DNA of 64,000 nucleotides. Source: the human T2T-CHM13v2.0 reference genome, Homo sapiens. The stretch is from assembly GCF_009914755.1 (NCBI RefSeq), contig NC_060926.1, one strand, 5' to 3'. Below are positions 1 through 38,223 of the stretch, in pieces. The notes under the pieces are model-generated. The model was not told the origin of the DNA, ran no database searches, and saw only the letters and a program-made list of their open reading frames with translations. The stretch's first letter is position 1, and the number at the start of each line of letters is the position of its first letter. The position numbers were made by a program, and so were the translations under genes.

Positions 1-1275
<1,275 letters not shown>

Positions 1276-1641
1276 ATTCACAATCTTTTTAATAACCTCA
1301 TCGTATTTTCTAATATGGATGGACCCTGGTTTATTATTCCCTTAGTGACTGACTTTATGATCTTTTCCTTTTTAAAATTATTACAAACCATGCTGCAGCG
1401 GACGTCTTTCTAGGTATCTCTTTATGCACACATGCCGGTGTTCTCCAAGAGACTCTTCCAGACCCCTCACAGACTGCCAGCTGTACCTTTTTTAGCAGGT
1501 GACTGAAGATATACATCTGTGCTAAAGGGGTCACTGGCTCCTTGCAGTTACTTCATGATTCCCCATGGTTTCTACTGGTTGGGATCTACTACCTTAGACT
1601 TACACACTACTCCTGACCCCTTTCACTCCCCTCTGCCTCAG

Positions 1642-18566
<16,925 letters not shown>

Positions 18567-19095
18567 TTCCAGATTCCTGCGGTCCAGCCTCCAACTTTGG
18601 TTGCCAGCTCTTTCTTATTCTACTACACAAGCCGCCAACTCAACTGAGAGCTAAAGAGACTAGAAAAGAGATAAGCTGCCAACTCAACTGAGAACAAGAA
18701 ACTAGAAGAGATTTATATATAAAGCTTCTTCCTTCTCCCAGATGCAGGATGTTTTCAACCAGTAAATTTTATTGCTGTTGGTGCCAGAGAAGAGTCCTTT
18801 CTTCTCTACATCCAGGGGCCTTTTCTCCAATAATGTGCCTTTAACTCTAGGGACCTGCCTCACGGACCTTAGGGAAAAACCTCAACCTGAAAGATCTCTT
18901 CCTTTCTGGAGCTCCTTTAATCTTCCCAGCAGGTTTTTGCCTTAGACGTGCTGGCCCCAGGACAGTGATGAAGACAGAGCCTGTCTCAGCTCTAGGCTGT
19001 GGGGATCAATGCCATCAGTCCCTGTTATTGAGGGATTATCCCTTAGCCAACATTCCTATCTGTGGGTGGGCGTGGAGAGTGTATCTTTTTTTGGG

Positions 19096-19133
19096 GTGTG
19101 TGTGTATATGTGTGTGTGTATGTGTGTGTGTGT
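19096..19133 (+). repeat. Interrupted (TG)n microsatellite in the STK36 3'UTR
   Basis: gtgtgtgtgtatatgtgtgtgtgtatgtgtgtgtgtgt. Confidence 0.9.
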
Positions 19134-19160
19134 TTAATAGTTCTGTTTGTAAACTCTTTT

Positions 19161-19166
19161 AATAAA
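19161..19166 (+). terminator. STK36 polyadenylation signal AATAAA
   Basis: Canonical hexamer with upstream UGUA/UG-rich sequence and GU-rich sequence downstream. Confidence 0.85.
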
Positions 19167-19829
19167 AGTTGTGCCTCACCATACTTGAAGCTCCCAGGAC
19201 AAGGGTTGAGAGGCTCAACCCCTCTTTCAGCTTCTATGTGGTGTTGGAGGTGCTGGTATCGTGTTCACACAAGATCCTGGTCTGGCAGCTTATTTATATC
19301 ATTTCTTGCCTTTACCAATTTCCCCCTTCCTAGATGAACTATATTTGGTTACCTACTTTCAAGTCAAGGCCGGTGGAGCTGAAATAGGAAAGGGTAAGAT
19401 TCAACAGAGCGGTCAATTAGGTTGCTCAGACTTAGTGACTAATTTTAATATTTAGTGGAGTTCTAATGTGTAGGGACTCCAAGCTGCTGTAGAAGGATAG
19501 CTATTTTAAAGATTGTACAATTTACCAGAAAGGGCTTTTAGTCAGACCTGTTAGAATTATAATCTAACTGGAAGCATTGGAAAACCTTAACTCATTGGAT
19601 GGCTTAGAACAAGCTTCCAGGGCCTTGATTTCTCCATCCATAAAATGAGGAGACTCCTTTCTGTCCTTCCTTAAATTCCAGTTGTTTTAGAAATGAAAGA
19701 CAAGTAAAGTGCCCTTATTTTTATAAGAAATTTTGTTTAACCCTCATCTTCATTGTCCACAGTGTTTATACTTTAGCAAAAATAATATTTTTCTAGGGAG
19801 CACCATAATTTTCTTCTATCCAGATTATC

Positions 19830-20730
19830 TCAATTCAGTTCAATGTATATTTTTTGAGTCCTTTCTGTATGCCAGATACTATTCTAGGTACAGGAGATAA
19901 AACAGTGCCCATCATAGAGTTTCCATTCTGGTCGGGGAGATAGTGAAATTATTAAAAGAATAGTATGTAGGAAGGTGGTAAAAGCTATGGAGAAAAAGAA
20001 ACCAGGGAAAGGAGATGAGGAGTGCTGAGTCGGATGGTCAGGGTAGGCCTCACTAGAAGGTGACACTTGAGAAAAGACTCGAAGGAGGCGAGGGAGTGAG
20101 TTGTGCACCTATTTTGGGGAAAAGCCAAGGCCCTGAGATGAAAGCATGCCTGGCATGCTTGAGGAGCTATGAGGAACCAGTATGGATTAAGTGAGTAAAG
20201 AAGGTGGAGAATAGTAGGAAATGAGACAGGAAGGTAATGGTGGGGGCCAGATATTGTAGGCTTTGTAGACCTTGGTGAAGACTTGGGCTCTTACTTTGAA
20301 TGAAGGAGGCATCTATTGCAGGCTTTTGAACAGAGAATTTTATGAACTACCTTGCATCCTAAACGGATCATTCTTCATTCTGGTCTTGTGAATGGCTATG
20401 GGGAGTAGGGGAGAATGCGAAGTAGGATAAGCAGTTAGGAGGCTATTGTTATAATAATCCAGGCAAGAGACAATGGTGTCCTGGATGGCGACTGGGGTGA
20501 TACCTATGGAGTGATAAAAAAGTAGTCAAATTTTGAATATATTTTGAACATGGAACAAACAGGATTTCTTGACTGATTGGAGGTGAGGGTATGACCAAAA
20601 GAAAGCAGTCAGGGATGACTCCAAGGTTTTTGGTCTGAGCAATTGGAAGAATGGAATTGTCATTCACTAAAATGGGGAAGGCTAGCAGTGGAGTGATAAT
20701 GGGTGGGAATGAGTTCAATTGTGAACATCT
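19830..20730 (-). mobile_element. L2 fragment
   Basis: L2-typical text (ggaggctattg...atccaggcaagaga; gatgactccaaggtttttggtctgagcaattgg). Confidence 0.8.
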
Positions 20731-20834
20731 TGTCTTTCAGTTGGAAATGTTTGAACACACACAGAGGTAGAGGATAGTTCAGTGTACTCCATCACTACTT
20801 GAGCAGCTACCATATCTATTTTGTTATTCTGGTG

Positions 20835-23572
<2,738 letters not shown>

Positions 23573-24157
23573 TTAACAGGAGAAAAACCACATTTAATTT
23601 TGTACATACACATAAGTGTCCTACAAAATATGAGACTCAAAGAAGGGTCAGATGTTCTAGGCTTATATAGCATCCTGAGCTACAGAAAGGCATAGGAACT
23701 TGGGACTTCTGGGAGGTGGTGGAGACTCAAGTTATGGGATGGTGAGGGGAGGAATTCTATGGTTAATGAAAGTGGTCTTGTTCTGTAGGAAATAAAATGA
23801 TCTCACAGTAGCCCTCAGGAGAATAGGTGATTGGGCACAGCGTCAACCTCCAGTTTCCTCTCCTGTGATCTGAGTTTATTTTTCCCTGTTGATAATATTC
23901 TCAGGGAAAGGATTCATACCAGTTGAGTTCCTTTTGGAGGAACTCAGACAAACCCCCCGACTGCATCTGCTATTGTGCCCTTTGTCCAAAGTAATCAACA
24001 TACCAAAGTGTCATGTTTTGGGGTGGCATTTCCTAAACTCCCTCAACCAGATAAGGTAATATTTACAAGTTCCTGGAATGAGGACACAGATACATCTTTT
24101 GAATGGGTGGCCACCATTCAGCTCCCTACAATAAGAGAATAAACAGTGGTTTCTTAA

Positions 24158-24331
<174 letters not shown>

Positions 24332-24389
24332 TAGCACATCAGCTATGTTCTTAGTATTCCCAATCCTTATTCAGATTTTTCCATAGTCT

Positions 24390-25680
<1,291 letters not shown>

Positions 25681-26886
25681 AAAATGTCATTTTACAGTTT
25701 GTTTGAATCAGGATCCAAACAAGCTGCACTCATTGCATTTGAATATATTTCTTTTTTTTTTCTCAAGAGGGAGTCTTGCTCTGTTGCCCAGGGTGGAATG
25801 CAGTGGCACAATCTTGGCTCACTGCAACTTCTGTCTCCTGGGTTCAAGCGATTCTCCTGTCTCAGCCTCCTGAGTAGCTGGGGGCTACAGGTGTGCACCA
25901 CCATGCCTGGCTAATTTTTGTATTTTTTGTTGGAGACGGGGTTTCACCATGTTGCCCAGGCTGGTCTTGAACTCCTGACCTCAAGTGATCCTCAGAGTGT
26001 TGGGATTACAAGTGTGAGCCACTGTACCTGGCCAACATTTGAATATATTTCTTAAATCTCTTATAATCTAAAACATCTCTCCTCATTTTTATACCCTAAA
26101 ATTGTTGAAGGAAGAAGAGGTCATTTATTCTGTACATTGGCTCACATTCTGGATTTGTTTGATTGCTTTCTTGTAGTGTTATACAGTTGTTTCTCTTTAT
26201 TTCTTGTTAACTGGAAATTACAGCCAAAACTTGATTAGAGTCACTCAACTTTTTTTTTTACAAAAATACGCTATACTTCATAAATATTTCTGTTCAATTG
26301 CATCACATCAAGAAACAATGCTCAGCTGTCCCATGTTTCGTGATCTAAGATTGATTAGTACATGTAGGTTATCTTCAGTGTACATCCTTCAGTGTAAAAT
26401 TCTCCCATAAATTATCTAATACTTTTAGCATCCATCAACGACTGTTGACTAAATAAGTTATTTATTGAGATCCTTCCTCTGGTCCAGACTGTTTTCATCA
26501 GATTAGTTTTATCTTTGTCCCCTTTATTTCTGTAGCCAATTGCCTAGGAAAGATCCTTTCATCTTCCAGCTTTCTTAGATCTCCAAATCTCTCAGGTCTA
26601 CGGACATCTGAGGCAGGAGCGCGATCTGGCTTGCCTGGGGAGCTAACGAGATAAGGAATTGAGTCAGTATTTCCTAACGTTCACACTTGAAGCCCATAAA
26701 GCAGGCAGGTGGTTTTAATTTTGCCCCGCTGGGTGGGTTGGGGTTAGGGAAGGATGGGTTAGAGGGAGGCAGAGTGAATCGGGCAATCTCCCCTTTCCTG
26801 CGGTCAAACTCAAAGGCTTTTTCTAGAAATCCTTCAACTGAGCCTGGGCCCTTTGATTTTCAATTGAGGCAAGGCCAAAGAGTCCA

Positions 26887-27175
26887 GGCCAGGCGTGGGG
26901 GCTCCCGTTGTAATCCCAGCGACCAGGAGGCTGATGCAGGAGGATCACTTGAGGCCAAGAGTTTAAGACCAGTCTGGGTAACATAGTGAGACCCTGTCCT
27001 GAGAAAAAAAATTTAAAAATAGCCCAGCATGGTGGCGTGCCTGTAGTCCCAGCTACTCGGAAGGCTGGGGGCGGGCGGATCGCTTGAGCAGGAGTTCAAG
27101 TTCGCAGTGAGCTATGATCACGTCGCTGCACTCCAGCCTGGGCGACAGAGCGAGATTCTGTCTCTAAAAAAGAAA
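26887..27175 (+). mobile_element. Alu (J-like) directly upstream of the TTLL4 promoter
   Basis: Alu dimer retaining several CpGs. Confidence 0.9.
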
Positions 27176-27260
27176 ACAGTCCATAGGGAGTAGGTGGAAT
27201 TAGAGTAGAAAGAGAGAGTCCTGGATGCTCCGAATGGAGCCTTTCAGAGCTTTAACCACG

Positions 27261-27282
27261 GGACTACATCTCCCAGAATTCC
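27261..27282 (+). promoter_or_regulatory. ZNF143/THAP11-type SBS motif
   Basis: GGACTACATCTCCCAGAATTCC matches ACTACAnnTCCCAGnAT. Confidence 0.75.
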
Positions 27283-27312
27283 GCTCGCCGGATCCCACCG
27301 CACTGAAGGGAC

Positions 27313-27324
27313 TGCGCGTGCGCG
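27313..27324. promoter_or_regulatory. NRF1-like site
   Basis: TGCGCGTGCGCG versus consensus YGCGCAYGCGCR. Confidence 0.6.
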
Positions 27325-27389
27325 AGTCAGGTGACGACCCGCCCCTACAGGCCCCAGAACCCCCGAGATTCCCCGCGCTTGCCTCCCGC

Positions 27390-27593
27390 CCTCTTCTTCC
27401 AGACTCTCGGTCTGTCCGCTGGGGGCGCGCGCGGTGTGTGGCAGGCGGCAGCGGCGCTGGCGGCCGAGTGCGCTTGTCACGCGTGGCGGTGCGTGGTTGC
27501 TAGGGGCGCCTGAGGCTGCCGGGTAGCCCAGCAGGCCGAGGGAGGAAGTAGCGTGGAGCCGGTGCCGAGCCGGGGCGAAGCTGGATCCCCTAG
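27390..27593 (+). other. TTLL4: TTLL4 non-coding exon 1 (start approximate)
   Basis: ATG-free, GC-rich segment ending at the strong donor CCCTAG|gtgagt. Confidence 0.8.
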
Positions 27594-28901
27594 GTGAGTG
27601 CGGCTGCGGAGCCAGGGGAGCCGACCCCAGACACTCCGCCGGTCCCACGCTCCCGACCTCCCTCTACCTGAGTCCTTTCGCGCGGGTCCCCAGCCCTCCG
27701 GCCACTCTCACCCTAGCCCCGCTTCCTCCCGCCACCTCTCATCCCCCGGGAGGCCAGGGAGCCGCGGCCTCCTACCCGGCCGGGACTTCGCGCCTCCTCG
27801 GAGCCCTTCTCCTCTCCGCCACGCCCCGCGAACTTAGTCGGCCTCGCCTCCGGGTGCCCGAACACTGCCTCATCCCCTAGTTATGGCCTCCGAGCTTCCT
27901 CTGTCCTGCCGCGCTGAGGTTTAAATTCCCTCTGGGTGTGAGCCCAAGCTCCTCGCAGGCTCCAGGGCCGAATTTAACATGGATATCTGCTTTTTCACTT
28001 CTCCATCCTCAGTATCTGTAGAAGAATACGTTCCTAAACTCCACAGATTCAAACAGGATCTGAGATCCTGTGGAATTTAATTCTTCATTCATCAATTCCT
28101 TTATTTAATCATTCACTAAACAATTTTTAGTAAACATTGACAAATATTTAATGAGCCTGGGTACAATGGGAGGGATTGAGGGGATAGAGTGGCTAATAGG
28201 ACAAGCATGTTTTCACGGAATTTACAGTCTAGGAGATTATTAATCAAGTAAACGAGCATTTGCCATACTGTGGTGTGTGCTGTGATAGAACAGGAAATAC
28301 TTAATCCGGACTTACTTAGAAAACGACATTATTGCCATTCCTCCTGGTCTTCACATTCCCATTCTGGATCTCGGAAATATTTTAATCCTTCCTTGATGAA
28401 ATCTTCTTTGCTTTCTCAGATACTACAAATCACCTATTCTTTAACTGCAGCACCTGTTGATTTAGCATTTGGGGGACCCTTTGGGACAGTGTTCCATCCC
28501 ATCCTTCTGTTTCTTGCACTGAATACTGAGACACTGTTTGCATTTAAACCACCCACTTTGTGCTCAGAAAGTTAGCAGCTACTTATATTGGACTGAATCA
28601 ATCCTTGAAAAATTATCAAGTGTTTTCTGCGAATAGAGAGGTGGGAGGACATTCCAGATACACAGTGGCTTTAGGAAAGGGACAGCAAGTCCTGAAAAGA
28701 GAACTGGAAACAGTTTGACAGACCTGGGCTAGATTTGGAGGGAGCCATCCAGTAACAAATAGAAAGAGTGAAGTTAATAGGGGTTAGATCACAAAGGGCC
28801 TTGGATGTTTTGCTGAGTTAGAACTATATCCCTGGAGCAGTGGTTTTCAAGCTGGAGTAATCAGGGTTGTAGACTTCCAAGGGATACACTTGCACGTCTA
28901 G

Positions 28902-29123
<222 letters not shown>

Positions 29124-30022
29124 TAGTAGAGACGGGGTTTCACCATCTTGGCCAGGCTGGTCTCAAACTCCTGACCTCGTGATTCACCCGCCTCGGCCTC
29201 CCAAAATGTTGGGATTACAGGTGTGAGCCACCGCGCCCGGCCCCAATGAACTCTTTTTCTAAAACTTCCCTTACAAAAAAAGGGTAGGAGGCTGTGTGTG
29301 GCAAATCCCTCACACTTCCCAAATTTTAATATGGTGTATTGGCCTGAGTGTAAAAATGTCCTCAGATACAAATAAGGACTACTTTGGAAATATTTATTTT
29401 CAGGAACACCTCCTTTAGTGATTTAAGTTACCTCCCAACCCAGAAGGCTTGCCAATACACAATCCCATTCGTGTAAACTGTATTCTTTGTTAAGATATTC
29501 TGAAAAGAACACAACAGTTAAATGTAACGGGAATGTCTTTTGGGACAATGGAATTTTTAAGTTATTTGGATAAAACTTGCGTAAAATTTTTAAAGAGATT
29601 TCTTTTAGTTCAGGTGTGTGTTACTCAGTAAGATAGTTAATACCTATTTTAAGACTGGGTGTTGTGGCTCACACCTGTAAATCCAACACTTTGGGAGCCT
29701 GAGGCAGGCTGATCGCTTGAGACCCAGGAATTCGAGACCAGCCTGGGCAACATGGCGAAACCTCTTCTCTACAAAAAAAAATATGTAAAAATTAGCCAAG
29801 CATGGTAGCGTGCTCTTATAGTCCCAGCTATTTGTAGGCTGAGGTGGGAGGATGTATTGAGCCCAGGAGGTTATCCAGGCTGGAGTGCCATGGTGTGATC
29901 ATAGCTCACTGTAAACTCCAACTCCTGGGTTCAAGCCATCCTCCTGTCTCACCCTCCTGAGTAGCTGAGACTACAGGCATGCGCCACCCATCTGGCTAAT
30001 TTTTTAAAATTTTTAGTAGTGA

Positions 30023-30193
<171 letters not shown>

Positions 30194-31209
30194 TAGTAAA
30201 ATCATGTAAAGAATATGTTCCAGGAAAACCACAGAAAGATAATTATCAGGAAAATCATGTCAGATTTGTATTTAAGATTACTGTAGTGTCAATATGTTGG
30301 TTGAATAGGAAGAATTTTAGACTGGAGGCAGGGAGCCAATGAGAAAACTATTATAGTGGCCTAGGCTAGAGATGATGAAGGCTTTATGTTTGCTCTAGTG
30401 GAAATGGAGAGGGTTTAGAGAGATGTTAACCATGGTAGTGTTGACAAAACCTGGTGGCAGAATAGAGGTAGAAGAATGGGACAAGGAGCAGTGTAGAATG
30501 ATTGTAAGTTTCTGATTTCAGTGACCATGTGGGTGGTGATGCAGCAGCACATCCAGGTAGAAAGGCCCAGGAGTTCATTCTGTAGGTCTGGAGCTCACAA
30601 GAGAGGCCTGGGTGATGATAGAGTTGAGAATATAGGAGGTGGTTGAAGCCGTGACGTGGAAGGGATTGCTCTGGGAGAGAGGTAATAATGGCAGCTGCCA
30701 CTTGTTGAGTGCTCACTGTGTGCCAGGCAAAGTGAGAAGTCTGAACTCAGAGCAACACCAGCATTGAAAGGATGGGTAGAGCAAAGAGGAAGGAAGAAGG
30801 GGACAGAGAGAATACATAACCAAATGCAGAAATGAATGTGTGAATAGGAAGTTGTCATTTGCTGAAAATCTGTATCTAGATGAAGCCTTAACTTCAGAAT
30901 CCATCTGATACTCATGTTTTGGAGTTGGATTTAGCTTTCTCACTAGATTCCTTCTATGACCTTGGAATTGTCTGATCATAGTGTCTGAATTTTAGCCTGT
31001 GATCAGGTGCTTTGGTAAATCACCAAAAGTCAGTAAATTACAGAGAAAAGCTTTTCCTTTAATGCCTTTTACTTCTTACCTTTTCTTCTGGCAGAGTTGG
31101 GAACAAATACTGAGAGTGCTCGTTTCTCTTAGGCCTTACAATACAAAGGACCTTGTCCTTCGGAGCCCTCATAGATATGCTAGAGAAGCATAGTGCTTCT
31201 CTAGACCGG

Positions 31210-33918
<2,709 letters not shown>

Positions 33919-34301
33919 GCTCCAGAGCCCACCTGAGAAGGAGGAAAGAGCCTCCTTCCCGAAGCTGATAAAGGGCAAGGCTTCAGGAGAGTGAGTCACC
34001 CCATTACATAAACCCTTCCACTGGTTTCACTTTTCAGTAATTTATAGGTTTACCTCCCTCAGCTCCAGCTGCCATAACCTGTATCTTTTCCTCAGGTTTG
34101 CTTACTTGTTTGGCATTGCTAAACTGTGCTCTACAAGAGCTACCTGTAATTTCACTAATCTTGACTTATACGGACCCACCCTTCTCACTAGGCTGTATTC
34201 TTGACCTTCCTCTCTTAGTAGGGCTTTAGGAGAGATATATTGCTCCTCCACCTTTCCTTAGGGAGAGAGAGCTTGGGATTTATCTCATAAGAGAAAATTA
34301 A

Positions 34302-34550
<249 letters not shown>

Positions 34551-34953
34551 TAACCAGGATGGTTTTGATCTCCTGACCTCGTGATCCACCTGCCTCAGCC
34601 TCCCAAAGTGTTGGGATTACAGGCGTGAGCCTGTCAGTTCTATCTTCTAACATAACTGTTGAGCAGTTGAGGTAATCTCATCAGAGATCTTGTGGACTGT
34701 AGACTGAACCATTTCTGATGTCCTGAGTTTCCCTGGTGACCGAGGGAAACACCTAGTTGAAGGAGGAAAGGGAAACTGCATTTCCCAAGAGCCACACTCT
34801 CTTGTAGGAGAGTGATTTAATTAGTGGGTAATGAATAATTGCTTTCTCTAGAAATAGATACCTTGTCCAAGTTGGTCTGGGCCTGGTCCCTGGAGACTTG
34901 TTGGTTTGCGACAGCAGCAATAGATTTTCTTTTCTTTTTTTTTTTTCTTTTGA

Positions 34954-35112
<159 letters not shown>

Positions 35113-37003
35113 TAGTAGAAATGGGGTTTCTCCATGTTGCTCAGGCTGGTTTCGAACTCTCGACCTCAGGTGATCTGCCCACCTCGGCCTCCCAAAGTAC
35201 TGGGATTTCAGGCATGAACCACTGCGCCCGGCCAGCAATAGATTTTCTAACATAGGCTACTAATCATTCACACTCCTTTAAGGAGGAAACTTGAGGCAAA
35301 ATCACCCCATAAAGATTGGAGGACAGAACTGTATAGGCAGTTTCCAAATGCTGCATGAAGATGACAAAGTAGGATGTTCAGATTCCTGAGAATGGGTGTT
35401 TTAAAGGGGAGAGTCTGGAGCCAGGGACATCAGTCAGGCTGCTTACCTTAACAGTCCTGCACTTGGTGTTAGAGGGGTTGGAGACTGGGCTGAGGCAGCC
35501 ATGCAAATAGAAGGGGATGTTTCAGGCCATTTTGTTGATCCATACAACTTTCTGCAGTTTTTTATTCTTCACTCTTACCCCTTTATTCAAGTTTTATTTT
35601 TATTTTTAACAGTTTTGTGGAGGTATAATTCACATTGAACATATCCATCGTTTCTAAGTCAATTTTTTAAAAACTTTTGTTCTAGGAAGACTTAGTGTTC
35701 CATAAAGTTGTTGGGGGAGGAGACTTGGGCAATATTGCTAATAGGAGGCCAAACTGGACCAGGGTTCTTCCCACCCCCTTCTGCCAGCGTGGCTCTGTAT
35801 TTGAGGTTAAAGATCCCCAGAGATTTCCTATAAAAGCCATCATGAAGCTTATAGGGCATATCACTAGGGTAAGTGAACAGTGGTGTGAGATAGCCTTGGG
35901 AAAGTATCACGTGAGAGGGACACACAACAGGTGCTCGTGGAGAGGGTGGGTCTTGAGCTGGGTCTGGAAAAGGTAAATAAAATATGGTAAGGATTCACAA
36001 GGAAGAAGCTTAGTGGAGTAAAGCCCTGCAGACAGGCATTTGAAAGGTTTATTCCAGGAATTTAGTGTAAGACCAGCGCAGTTCACATAACAGAGTTCAA
36101 GGTAGGAGGAAATGGAAATAAGCCTTAAAAAAAAAAAAAAAAAGATTAAGGGTCGACTATGGAGTCTTGTGGACCAAAGCTAAGAAATCTCACATGACAG
36201 TCATCTGGAATGCTTGTTAAAACTGCAGACTCATGGCCCTACTCCACACCAACTGAATCCTCTTGAAGGTGAATCTCAGGACTTTGCATCTCAGGTTATT
36301 CTGATGCAGGTGGGCCACCACAGTGTTTAGTAAGTGCTCATGGACCGTTTTTGAAAAGGGATTGACCTGATGAAGCAATACAGCAAAATTAATCTGGAGG
36401 TTGCCTGCAGGGTGGAATTAGGAAGGGCACACCTTGGAGACACATGCTTCAGTCAGTGCTGTTGCAGTAAGTCCAGATCTAGGGGCATGGTGGAAATAAT
36501 AAAAGGAGGAAGAATGCTAAGTAGACAGAGTGTCTTAAATTTCATGACTGGTTTCCCTTTGGGGAAATAAAGTAAAGGAAAAAGTCAGAAATAACTTAGT
36601 TTTCCTCTTAGGTGATTTGGAGAAAGAAGGGTCCACTCAAGGAAATGGGACGATCAGGAGTGGAGAGCTAGTTTGACACACTAGATTGAAGTGGTTGGAC
36701 ATGCATTTGGAAAGGTGGAACAGGCAGTTGGTGATGCAGACATGAAACTTGAGACGACAAATCTGCAAAATGACTCTTCTGCAGATAATAGTTGACATTG
36801 TGAGAGAGATTGATTTGATGTGGGGGAGGATGAAAGAACTGGAGGATTTTGGATTGGCCTCAGGAGGAGGAAAGACACTATTGAAGGGGTTGGGTACAGC
36901 TGTGGCAGAGTGCACGCACTGAGTAAAAAATAGCAACAAGGAGATGGTGGTAAGAGGGGAACGCCTTTTTCATATGAATAGGTCCAACTCGTGGCTTTGC
37001 TGA

Positions 37004-38223
<1,220 letters not shown>

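Larger units (their letters stand above)
18567..19185 (+). other. STK36: STK36 3'UTR (3' end approximate)
   Basis: Unique sequence between the stop codon and AATAAA. Confidence 0.8.
27240..27920 (+). promoter_or_regulatory. TTLL4: CpG island promoter of TTLL4
   Basis: The only extended GC/CpG-dense stretch in the window; contains the first-exon donor TAG|gtgagt. Confidence 0.93.

Noticed and set aside
27225-27837. ORFs on both strands across the CpG island
   Set aside because: GC-rich sequence lacks stop codons by composition; translations are low complexity
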